From positions 1-54,853 of the forward strand of contig CAZTVU010000002.1 of NCBI GenBank assembly GCA_964617025.1: a stretch of 54,853 bases of DNA, given 5' to 3'. The notes beneath the pieces are model-generated. The model made no database searches and was not told where the DNA came from. It worked only from the letters and a program-made list of their open reading frames with translations. The translations under genes and the position numbers were made by a program. Positions within the stretch are counted from its first letter, which is position 1; each line of letters begins with the position of its first letter. Shown one piece after another: positions 35,285 through 43,693 of the stretch. This stretch comes from an uncultured Planctomycetales bacterium (GTDB lineage: Bacteria; Planctomycetota; Phycisphaerae; UBA1845; PWPN01).

Positions 35285-35491
35285 TGCCACTCACTCCTTT
35301 ACACAAATGGCGGCGGCGAATACGATCACACCGTTACGGGACGGTCGCCGGTAAATATTACACGTTTCGTCGTGAAGGCAGCGCGCACCGCAACCGTCCG
35401 AGGCCGACAGCCACCTCCACGCAAGCCCAAGCACCAAACCGCGGTGCGTTTCTATCGGACGGGCCTCTACAACATCTTGAGGGCAATCCTA

Positions 35492-35520
35492 TATATACCC
35501 CAACAAATTGGGTCTGTCAA
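35492..35520 (-). promoter_or_regulatory. Promoter candidate for nrdJ: TTGACA-17 nt-TATATA (within a TATATATA palindrome)
   Basis: Minus-strand -35 at 35520-35515 and -10 at 35497-35492. It lies in an AT-richer region and implies a leader of about 200 nt. Confidence 0.4.
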
Positions 35521-35780
35521 CTCGGTTCGGCGTTTTTTTTGAATCGCTTCTAAGCTATTCTGCTCAATAAGTTTCAGGGGCCTCATCGACCGATTATGGG
35601 CCTGCGGCGATAACCCCATCCACACAAAACGTTCGCCGATCGTTGACATTTGTCGGGTGCCGGTTTGAGCAAATCGGCGGTTGCGGTATGCCTGAAATCG
35701 CGCCGAGGTCGTGGAACCCGCCTTTCGGCCGAGGTATTGCGGATAGGGCTTGGCATGGATTGATTCCAAGGCCGAGCTGC

Positions 35781-35809
35781 TTGCGAAGAGGTGTCGCCCC
35801 CCGTACTAT
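35781..35809 (+). promoter_or_regulatory. Promoter candidate: TTGCGA-17 nt-TACTAT
   Basis: -35 at 35781-35786 and -10 at 35804-35809, about 100 nt upstream of the small ORF at 35908. Confidence 0.35.
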
Positions 35810-35907
35810 CGGCTGCCGGTGCCCCGGTGCGTGGCCCGGGTTTGCGTTGGCGGGGTTACGCAGTCGAAGGCGTGTTTGTATGACGCCCGTTGAGGAGACA
35901 TACCGCT

Positions 35908-36114
35908 ATGGCATGTGAATTGACCCTGTGGGATAGCACGCGGAAGACGAAGACCACGGTTGTATGCGACGAGGAGAACGCGGCGAAGGTCATCGCCGAT
36001 GAGCACGCGGCCAAGGCGTCTGGGCAATATGTCGACGTCGAAGGCAAGACTTTCTCCGCGGACTGGACGACCTGTCGGCTCATCCGCTTCAACCGCACAC
36101 GGGCGGAGAATTGA
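35908..36114 (+). CDS. Hypothetical small protein (68 aa)
   Basis: The ATG at 35908 is 10 nt after GAGGAG. MACELTLWDSTRKTKTTVVCDEENAAKVIADEHAAKASGQYVDVEGKTFSADWTTCRLIRF. GC-rich third positions and non-shadow-like amino-acid composition. I recognise no homolog. Confidence 0.5.
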   Translation: MACELTLWDSTRKTKTTVVCDEENAAKVIADEHAAKASGQYVDVEGKTFSADWTTCRLIRFNRTRAEN

Positions 36115-36122
36115 GGCGGACG

Positions 36123-36920
36123 CTAAAAGCGGTAGCGGTAGACCGTCACGCGGCGGGCCGGTTTCTTCCATACGGGCGCTGTCTTGAGCAAGCCCGCATA
36201 CCGCATTGCGACTAGCGAGGTACCCCCGACCAGGAAACCGCCGGCGTGAGCCCACCAGGCGACGCCGGCGGCGGTTCCCGAGAGGCTGCCCTGGATGAAC
36301 TGAAGGACGAACCAGACGCCGAGAAAGACGTAAGCCGGCAGGATGACGATCTCCAAGATGAACACCAGGGGCACCAGCGTGACCACGTACGCCCTGGGGT
36401 ATAGGAGAAAGTAGGCCCCCATCACGCCCGCGATGGCGCCGCTGGCTCCGATCGTGGGGACCACGGATTGGGGATCGGTGGCCCAGTGGATCAGGCTGGC
36501 GCCGGCGCCGCTGATGAGGTAGAAGAGGAGATACAGGGCGTGGCCGAGGCGATCCTCGACGTTGTCGCCGAAGATGAAGAGAAACCAGCCGTTGCCGATC
36601 AGGTGCATCCAGCCGCCGTGGAGGACGATGCAGGTCAACAGGGTGTACCACGGGTGAAACGGCGGGGCCGCGAGTTCGCGCTGCCCGATCGTCTGGCGAA
36701 TGACTCCGGCTCGCGTGCGAATGTCTCGGGTGACCGTGATCCATACGGGGGCGTCCGGGTGCGTGATGCGTGCGGGGACCATGCCGTAGCGCTCGACGAG
36801 CAGGTTCCCATCCTCTCCCGCCGACAACTGCACGAGGAACACGAAGACGTTCGCGCCGATGATCAAATAGTTGACAACCGGAGGGGAGCGCGAGGGGACG
36901 TTGTCTCGCAGGGGGATCAC
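36123..36920 (-). CDS. Rhomboid-family intramembrane serine protease
   Basis: The GTG at 36920 overlaps the upstream TGA (GTGA). Motifs HGGWMHLIGNGWFLFIFG and GASGAIAGVMGAY, with about 6 TM segments. Confidence 0.85.
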   Translation of the reverse strand: MIPLRDNVPSRSPPVVNYLIIGANVFVFLVQLSAGEDGNLLVERYGMVPARITHPDAPVWITVTRDIRTRAGVIRQTIGQRELAAPPFHPWYTLLTCIVLHGGWMHLIGNGWFLFIFGDNVEDRLGHALYLLFYLISGAGASLIHWATDPQSVVPTIGASGAIAGVMGAYFLLYPRAYVVTLVPLVFILEIVILPAYVFLGVWFVLQFIQGSLSGTAAGVAWWAHAGGFLVGGTSLVAMRYAGLLKTAPVWKKPARRVTVYRYRF

Positions 36921-37582
36921 TTCGCGAGCCTCAGGACTTCGGCGACAAGCTTGCGTATGCCCTCGAACACGTCCGCAGGGCCCCGGCCGAGCATGTAGGC
37001 GGGCGTGGTGACGATTCGATGCCGTTCGTCCACGACGAAGTCGCCTACGGGGCAGTCGCAGTGAGTGCATCCCATTCGGCGGATGGCATCGGCGGTATTC
37101 GCGTCGGTGCCGATTGTCACGCGAGCCGCCACGCCCCTTCGCCCCAGGATGCGGGCGAGCAGGGCGGGGGCGATGCAGATGGCGCCGATCGGTTTGCCGG
37201 CGGCGAGGCATTCGCCGGCGAGTCGCTCGACCTCGGGATGCACCGTGCAGTCGGGGCCCTTCTCGGCGAAATCACAGAGGTTCCTGGCCGCGCCGAAGCC
37301 GCCGGGAAAGATGATCGCGTCGATGTCGGCTGCCGCCACGGTGGCGATGTCGCGGATGTTCCCGCGGGCGATTCGCGCGGATTCGGTGAGAATGTTTCGG
37401 CGCTCGTCCGGCGCAGGCGTCCGCGTGCGGTGGTCGATGACGACGGCCTGCGGGGCGTCGGGGGCGCAGCAGATGATGTCGGCCCCGGCCTGATCGAGCG
37501 CGAGGAGCGTCAGGACGGCTTCGTGGATCTCGGTTCCATCGAAGACGCCGCAGCCGGACAGACAGACGGCGACGCGCGACAT
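36917..37582 (-). CDS. elbB: ElbB-like DJ-1/PfpI-family protein (glyoxalase III-type)
   Basis: The ATG at 37582 is 8 nt after GGAGG. MSRVAVCLSGCGVFDGTEIHEAVLTLLALDQAGA...IIFPGGFGAARNLCDF...KPIGAICIAP. Confidence 0.85.
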   Translation of the reverse strand: MSRVAVCLSGCGVFDGTEIHEAVLTLLALDQAGADIICCAPDAPQAVVIDHRTRTPAPDERRNILTESARIARGNIRDIATVAAADIDAIIFPGGFGAARNLCDFAEKGPDCTVHPEVERLAGECLAAGKPIGAICIAPALLARILGRRGVAARVTIGTDANTADAIRRMGCTHCDCPVGDFVVDERHRIVTTPAYMLGRGPADVFEGIRKLVAEVLRLAK

Positions 37583-37695
37583 ACGCAAGTCCTCCAAACC
37601 GGTTTCGTCGCCGGATTGTACGCCCGCGGTTCGAAGGCATCCAGCCCGGGCCCGCCGGCGTTCGGCGGGAGTCGATGCCGCGCCGGTCGCGCGGC

Positions 37696-37724
37696 TTGCC
37701 CGCATTCTGCGCGGGAAATAGAAT
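37696..37724 (+). promoter_or_regulatory. Promoter candidate for leuS: TTGCCC-17 nt-TAGAAT, with an embedded 7-bp inverted repeat GCATTCT/AGAATGC
   Basis: -35 at 37696-37701 and -10 at 37719-37724. The inverted repeat arms are 37702-37708 and 37720-37726. The leuS ATG is 50 nt downstream. Confidence 0.4.
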
Positions 37725-37773
37725 GCGGCCGGTCCTGCATGCAGCGCGGAGAGTTCTTCCGCAGGAGCAGCCG

Positions 37774-40700
37774 ATGAGCAGCGGAGCGAGCACGTACGAC
37801 ACCGGCGCGATTGAGGCGAAGTGGCAGCGGTACTGGGAGGAGCACGCGACGTTTCGGACCCCCAACCCCGGCGAGCCCGGGTTCGACCCCGGACGACCGA
37901 AGCTGTACGTGCTGGACATGTTTCCGTATCCGTCCGGCGTGGGGCTTCATGTGGGGCACCCGCTGGGCTACATCGCGACGGACATTTTCGCCCGATACAA
38001 GCGGATGCGGGGGTTCAATGTCCTGCACCCGATGGGGTACGACGCGTTCGGGCTGCCGGCCGAGCAGTACGCCGTCGAGCACGGCGAGCATCCGCGTACG
38101 GTGACCGAGCGCAACATCGCGAACATCCGGGCCCAATTGCGGCGGCTGGGTCTCGGATACGACTGGCGGCGCGAACTTGCCACGACCGACGTGGGCTACT
38201 ATCGGTGGACGCAGTGGATCTTTCTGAAGATGTACAACAGCTGGTACGACCGCGTGGAGGGCCGCGCCCGCCCGATCGCCGAACTGATCCACGAGCTGGA
38301 GAGCGAACGCTACCACATCTCGTTCGACGGGAACCTTGTGCACGCCGGCGCGGCGGCCGGGCTGGAGGCGCTGGAGGGCGGACCGAGCGGCGCCCGGGTG
38401 TGGAGCGACCTGACGCCGCAGGAGCAGCGGGAGTTCATCGATTCGCGCCGACTGGCGTTTCTGGATGAGGTGCCGGTGAACTGGTGTCCAGCGCTCGGCA
38501 CGGTGCTGGCCAATGAGGAAGTGACCAACGAGGGCCGCAGCGAGCGCGGCAATCATCCCGTCTTTCGGCGGCCGCTGCGGCAGTGGATGCTTCGAATCAC
38601 AGAGTACGCCGACCGTCTGGAGGACGACCTCGATCTGGTGGACTGGCCGGAATCCGTGAAGCTGATGCAGCGCAACTGGATCGGCCGTTCGGAAGGGGCG
38701 GAGGTCGAGTTCGCCGTGGATCGTCCGACGGGGGCGGGGACGACGTACGGCGAGGAGGAGGATTCGGAGGCGGACGGCGACCTGACCATCACGGTCTACA
38801 CGACGCGGCCGGACACGCTGTTCGGCGCGACATACATGGTCCTCGCCCCGGAGCATGAGCTCGTCGATCGGATCGTCACTCCCGAGCAGCGCGCGGCCGT
38901 GGAGGCCTACGTGGAGGGTGCCCGAAACAAGAGCGACCTGGAGCGAACCGCCGACACGAAGACCAAGACGGGCGTGTTCACCGGTGCGTATGCGATCAAC
39001 CCGGTGAACAACGCGCGGATTCCGATCTGGGTGGCCGACTACGTGCTGCCGGGCTACGGAACCGGGGCGATCATGGCGGTGCCGGCGCACGACACCCGCG
39101 ACCTCGAGTTCGCGCGGACATTCGGGCTGCCCATCGTCCAGGTGGTGCAGCCGCCGCCCGGCGTGGACTGGCAGGGGTTCGTGGACGACGGGGTGGCGGT
39201 CAATTCGCCGCCGACGGTCGGCGACGGGACCGTGGGGCTGCCGGAGGACGTCTGCGAGCTCAACGGCCTCCCCACGCCGGAGGCCAAGCGGAAGATCACG
39301 GACTGGCTGGAGGCGAAGGATCTCGGCCGCGCGAAGGTGAACTACAAGCTTCGCGACTGGCTCTTCAGCCGCCAGCGATACTGGGGCGAGCCGTTCCCGA
39401 TCGTCCATGACGTCGAGACGGGCCTGGTGTACGCCCTCGATGAGACGGAACTTCCGGTCGAACTGCCGGAACTGGACGACTTCACCCCGGCCGCGTCGGA
39501 CGATCCCGAGGCGCCGCCGCAGCCGCCGCTGGGGCGGGCGGGCGAGTGGGTCCATGTCGAAGGCTATGTCAGCGAGAACGGCGCGGTGAGGCTCGTAAGG
39601 CCGGATCGGCCCGCACCGCCGCATGTCGAGGTCCGCCGATTTCGGCGCGAGCTGAACACGATGCCGCAGTGGGCGGGTTCGTGCTGGTACTATCTGCGGT
39701 ATCTGGACAACGGGAACGAGGAGGCATTCGTCGGCCCGGCGGCCGAGCGCTACTGGATGGCGCCGCCGACGTCCGCGGCGGGCGGCCGGGGCGATTCGGC
39801 CTCGGCACGCAGCGGCGGCGTCGACCTCTACGTCGGCGGCGTGGAGCACGCCGTCCTGCACCTGCTCTACTCCCGGTTCTGGCACAAGGTGCTGCACGAC
39901 CTCGGGTACGTCAGCACGCCGGAGCCGTTCGCGCGGCTGTTCAACCAGGGTTACATCCAGGCGTACGCCTATCAGGATTCGCGCGGGATCTACGTCGATG
40001 TCCGCCAGGTGGAAGAGCGCGTCGAGGGCGGGCAGATCGTCTGCGTTCACAAGTCGACCGGTGAGCGCCTGACGCGCACGCTCGGGAAGATGGGCAAGAG
40101 CCTGAAGAACGCGGTGGCGCCGGACGACATCATCGCCGAGCACGGGGCCGATACGCTTCGCACCTATGAGCTGTACATGGGGCCGTTGGAGGCGAGCAAG
40201 CCGTGGAGCACGCGCGATATCGTGGGTATGAGCCGCTTCCTCAACGGCGTATGGCGGAAGTTCGTCGCGCCGGACGGTTCGCTCCGCGTGACGGACGACG
40301 CGCCGGATGCGGCCCTGCTGCGTCTGACGCACAAGACCATCCGGCGGGTCGGCGAGATGATGGACGGGCTGCGCTTCAACACGGCCATCGCCGCGCTGAT
40401 CGAGCTGAACAACGCCATCAAGGGGGATGTCGTGCCCCGGTCCGTCGCCGTGCCGCTGGTGCTGATGCTCGCTCCGTTTGCCCCGCACCTGTGCGAGGAA
40501 CTCTGGCAGCGGCTTCAGGGGGCGCATTGGCGGGATTCCGTGGCGACGGAGGCGTGGCCGGTCTTCGACCCCGGACTTGCGAGGGACGAGGAGATCGAGA
40601 TCCCCGTGCAGGTGCGCGGCAGGCTTCGTTCCCGCGTGGTCGTGCCGGCGGAAGCGAGCGAAGAGCAGATGAAGGCCGCCGCGCTGGCGGACGAGAAGAT

Positions 40701-40779
40701 CCGGGCCGAAACGGCCGGCAAGGAGATTGTGAAGGTCATCTGCGTGCCGGGCCGGCTGGTCAATATCGTCACGAAGTGA
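37774..40779 (+). CDS. leuS: Leucyl-tRNA synthetase
   Basis: ATG at 37774 after AGGAG. HIGH-type motif PYPSGVGLHVGH, KMSKS-type KMGKSLKN, and the bacterial LeuRS pattern throughout. Confidence 0.95.
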   Translation: MSSGASTYDTGAIEAKWQRYWEEHATFRTPNPGEPGFDPGRPKLYVLDMFPYPSGVGLHVGHPLGYIATDIFARYKRMRGFNVLHPMGYDAFGLPAEQYAVEHGEHPRTVTERNIANIRAQLRRLGLGYDWRRELATTDVGYYRWTQWIFLKMYNSWYDRVEGRARPIAELIHELESERYHISFDGNLVHAGAAAGLEALEGGPSGARVWSDLTPQEQREFIDSRRLAFLDEVPVNWCPALGTVLANEEVTNEGRSERGNHPVFRRPLRQWMLRITEYADRLEDDLDLVDWPESVKLMQRNWIGRSEGAEVEFAVDRPTGAGTTYGEEEDSEADGDLTITVYTTRPDTLFGATYMVLAPEHELVDRIVTPEQRAAVEAYVEGARNKSDLERTADTKTKTGVFTGAYAINPVNNARIPIWVADYVLPGYGTGAIMAVPAHDTRDLEFARTFGLPIVQVVQPPPGVDWQGFVDDGVAVNSPPTVGDGTVGLPEDVCELNGLPTPEAKRKITDWLEAKDLGRAKVNYKLRDWLFSRQRYWGEPFPIVHDVETGLVYALDETELPVELPELDDFTPAASDDPEAPPQPPLGRAGEWVHVEGYVSENGAVRLVRPDRPAPPHVEVRRFRRELNTMPQWAGSCWYYLRYLDNGNEEAFVGPAAERYWMAPPTSAAGGRGDSASARSGGVDLYVGGVEHAVLHLLYSRFWHKVLHDLGYVSTPEPFARLFNQGYIQAYAYQDSRGIYVDVRQVEERVEGGQIVCVHKSTGERLTRTLGKMGKSLKNAVAPDDIIAEHGADTLRTYELYMGPLEASKPWSTRDIVGMSRFLNGVWRKFVAPDGSLRVTDDAPDAALLRLTHKTIRRVGEMMDGLRFNTAIAALIELNNAIKGDVVPRSVAVPLVLMLAPFAPHLCEELWQRLQGAHWRDSVATEAWPVFDPGLARDEEIEIPVQVRGRLRSRVVVPAEASEEQMKAAALADEKIRAETAGKEIVKVICVPGRLVNIVTK

Positions 40780-40787
40780 TCGCGCGC

Positions 40788-41357
40788 ATGGCGCAGGAGA
40801 TCGAAGGCAAGTTTCGCGTGGCGTCGCACGAGACCGTGCGCATCCGTCTTCGCGAGGCCGGCGCCGAGCGACTCGGGCTTGTGGTGGAGACGAACCACAT
40901 CTTCGATGATGCCGCGCGGTCGATGCTGGCGAGCGATTGCGGGCTGCGGGTTCGCGCCCTGGAGGTGCTTGACGGCGTGGCGCGGCCCTCGACGGTGACG
41001 TACAAGGGGCGCCGAACGGGCGGGGCATTCAAGCGTCGCGAGGAGATCGAGACGACCGTCGGCGACCCGTCGGCGATGTGCGCCCTGCTGGCGCGCCTCG
41101 GGTTCGTCGAGGCCCTCTGCTACCAGAAGCGGCGCGAATCCTGGCGCCTGGATCGGTGCGAGGTGGATCTGGACGACCTGCCGCATCTGGGCCTCTTCGT
41201 GGAGATCGAGGGGCCGGACGAGGCGGCCATTGAAGCGGCGCGGCTTGCGCTGGGCTTGACGGGCGAACCGGTCATCCACGCGAGCTACATCGCTCTGCTG
41301 ATTGCGCATTGCCGCGAGCGGGGCCTGGACACGACGCGGATCCTGCTCGGGCGGTGA
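40788..41357 (+). CDS. CYTH-domain protein (CyaB-like class IV adenylate cyclase / triphosphatase family)
   Basis: MAQEIEGKFRV (ExExK motif) ...LRVR...TVTYKG...RREEIET...VDLDDLPHLGLFVEIE. It starts 8 nt after the leuS stop. Confidence 0.8.
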   Translation: MAQEIEGKFRVASHETVRIRLREAGAERLGLVVETNHIFDDAARSMLASDCGLRVRALEVLDGVARPSTVTYKGRRTGGAFKRREEIETTVGDPSAMCALLARLGFVEALCYQKRRESWRLDRCEVDLDDLPHLGLFVEIEGPDEAAIEAARLALGLTGEPVIHASYIALLIAHCRERGLDTTRILLGR

Positions 41358-41400
41358 ACGCGGGACGGTTCGCGCCGGCCCGACGACGCCGTCTCGCGGC

Positions 41401-41429
41401 TTGGAAAGTCCGCTGCACGGGGATATATT
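41401..41429 (+). promoter_or_regulatory. Promoter candidate TTGGAA-17 nt-TATATT ending 6 nt before the ATG (possible leaderless transcript)
   Basis: -35 at 41401-41406, -10 at 41424-41429, ATG at 41436, with no room for an SD. Confidence 0.3.
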
Positions 41430-41435
41430 CCCGGG

Positions 41436-43602
41436 ATGTTGATCCCCCAGAATGAGCCGCCGACCGGGCTGAGCAGCCTTCAATCGCTGCGGCAGTTCCA
41501 GCGCGTGCTGGGCTACGTCTGGCCGCACAAGCGGTATCTGGCGGTGCTCGTCGTCGCCCTGGTGGGCATGGCGTTCACCTACTCGCTGAGCATCGGCTCG
41601 ATCCTGCCGGTGCTGACGGTGATCGTTCGGCCGGAGGGGATCCACGGCTGGATCGATCGCCACGTCGTGGAGCAGCGATTGAAGGTGACGCTGGCCGCGT
41701 ACGATCCGCAGCGCGATACGCCGGTGAAAGGGGTCGAGCCGGGCACGGTCGTCGTGGTCGACCTGGAGGCGGCGTCGCCGCTGGCGGCGGCGGGCGTACA
41801 CCGCGGGGACTTCATCGAGGCGGTCAACGGCCGGCGGGGCGCGCTGGGGACACTGTGCGCCGTACTGGCGGACCTCCCGACGGACGCGGAGACGCGATTG
41901 TCCGTTCTGCGGCCGACCGATCCCCCCGCGCGGCCGGAGCTGAACGCGCGAGCGGGCGAGCACTCGCGGAACTGGGCGATCGGCCGCTACCTGGTCTCGT
42001 ATCTTCCGGGGGGCTTGCGGCCGGAGGACCGGCTGCGGACGCTCCAGTACGTGATGCTCGGCCTGCTGATCGTTCTTCTGGTGAACAACGCGTGTCAGTT
42101 CGTCGGCAAATACCTGACGGACCTGGTCTGCGCCCGGGCGGCGATGGACATCCGGCGGCACCTGTACGCCCACGTCTTGAACCTGCCCATGTCGCGGTTC
42201 ACACAGAACACGTCGGACATGATGAGCCGGTTCGTGCAGGATGTGCAGGCAATCTTTCGGGGCGTGACCAACTTTTTCGAGAAGGCGATCGCCGAGCCGC
42301 TCAAGGCGATCGGCGTCACGGTGGTGGCGCTGTGGATCCAGCCCAAGGTGACGCTGGTCGTGTTGATCGCCGCGCCCGTCGCGGGACTGATCTTCTGGCA
42401 GATCGGCCAGCGGATGCGAAAGGCGAACAAGCGGCTGCTCGAGGCCTACGGCCAGATGCTGGGCGCGCTGGAGAGCACGCTCAACGGGATGCGGGTTGTC
42501 AAGGGCTACACGCGGGAGAACTACGAGCGTCGACGGCTCTTCCGGATCGATCGCCGTCTGCTGCGGCAGCAGGTCAAGCTCGCGTTCGCCGAGGCGCTGA
42601 TCTCGCCGGTGATCGAGCTGCTTGCGTTCGTCTGCGCGGCGGGGATCGTGGTTTGCCTCCCAGGTCGTGCACGGTTCGCTGGGGGTCGAGGGCTTTCTCA
42701 CGATGATTCTCTGCTTCGCGGCCATCTTCCAGCCGGTGCAGAAGCTCAGCAAGGTGTACCCGCGGATCCAGGAGGCGTCGGCCGCGGGGGAGCGGCTGTT
42801 CGAGGTCATCGACAGCCCGGGCGAATACATCCGCGACGGGGCGGCGCCGGCGCTACCGCCGATCCGCGAGTCGATCGAGTACCGCGGCGTGACGTTCACC
42901 TATCCCGGCGCGAGCCGTCCCGCCCTGAGGAACGTGAACCTCAAGGTGCGCCGCGGGGAAATCCTCGCCCTCGTCGGCCCCAACGGCTGCGGCAAGACGA
43001 CGCTGGCCAGTCTGTTGCTGCGTTTTTTCGAGCCGGACAAGGGGGAGATTCTGATCGACGGCCGGCCGATCCGCGACGTGAAGCTGCGTTCGCTGCGCGG
43101 GCAGATCAGCCTGATCACGCAGGAAACGGTGATCTTCTCGGATACGGTGGCGAACAACATCCTCTACGGTCGTCCCGATGCCACGAAGGATGAGGTCATC
43201 TCGGCGGCCCGACGGGCGTTTGCCGACGAATTCATCCGGCAGTTGCCGGAGGGCTACGAGACGGTGATCGGCGAACACGGGGCGACGCTTTCGGGCGGCC
43301 AGCGGCAGCGGCTGGCGATCGCGCGGGCCATCCTGCGAGACGCACCAATCCTCGTGTTCGACGAGGCGACGAGCCAGATCGACCCCGAGTCGGAGCTCAA
43401 GATCCACGAGGCGCTGGACGCGTTCCTCGCGGGGCGCACCGCCTTCATGATCGCTCACCGGTACAGCACGATCAGCGAGGCCGACCGCATCGCCGTGCTC
43501 GACGGCGGCCAGATCATCGCGTCCGGCACACACGAGTCCCTGCTGGAGTCCTGTATACTCTATCGGCGGCTCGTCGAGACGCAGTTCCGCGAAGGGGATT
43601 GA
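41436..43602 (+). pseudogene. MsbA-like ABC exporter (TMD+NBD) with a PDZ-like periplasmic insert, reading frame broken inside TM6 near 42641-42655
   Basis: Frame 0 encodes TM1, a 138-aa loop, and TM2 to TM6 up to ...LLAFVCAAGIVV. Frame +1 continues WFASQVVHGSLGVEGFLTMILCF... into a complete NBD (GPNGCGKTT, LSGGQRQRLAIARA, LVFDEATS, MIAHR). The break coincides with a GGGG run at 42641-42644. Confidence 0.7.
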
Positions 43603-43693
43603 CCGGGCGGGCGTGGTGAATGTCCCGACGCCCGCGCGTCAACGTGTTGCGCGGCCGGCACCGACGGTGCTCCACGCGCCGGGGAGGCATCGC

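Noticed and set aside
35285-35490. Cobalamin riboswitch in the nrdJ leader
   Set aside because: I could not find a B12-box-like element or the conserved GGTG…GCCACTG core by eye. It needs Infernal to exclude it formally.
35488-35501. NrdR box upstream of nrdJ
   Set aside because: Only 10 of 16 positions match the consensus, and I saw no second box at the usual spacing of about 31-32 bp. It is reported only as a weak possibility within the nrdJ leader finding.
35284-35553. 89-aa plus-strand ORF in the nrdJ upstream region, and 35467..35769 / 35643..35918 ORFs
   Set aside because: They have no SD, odd composition, and overlap the promoter and leader region. The plus-strand T8 run near 35533-35540 is not preceded by a convincing hairpin.
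37510-41028. 1172-aa ORF on the minus strand, longer than leuS itself
   Set aside because: It is antisense to a textbook LeuRS gene. Its composition is Arg/Pro/Gly/His-rich and low in complexity with no motifs. This is the classic shadow ORF expected in GC-rich DNA, where stop codons are rare.
40515-42899. 794-aa minus-strand ORF
   Set aside because: It is antisense to the leuS 3' end, the CYTH gene and the ABC exporter. It is R/P/Q-rich with no motifs.
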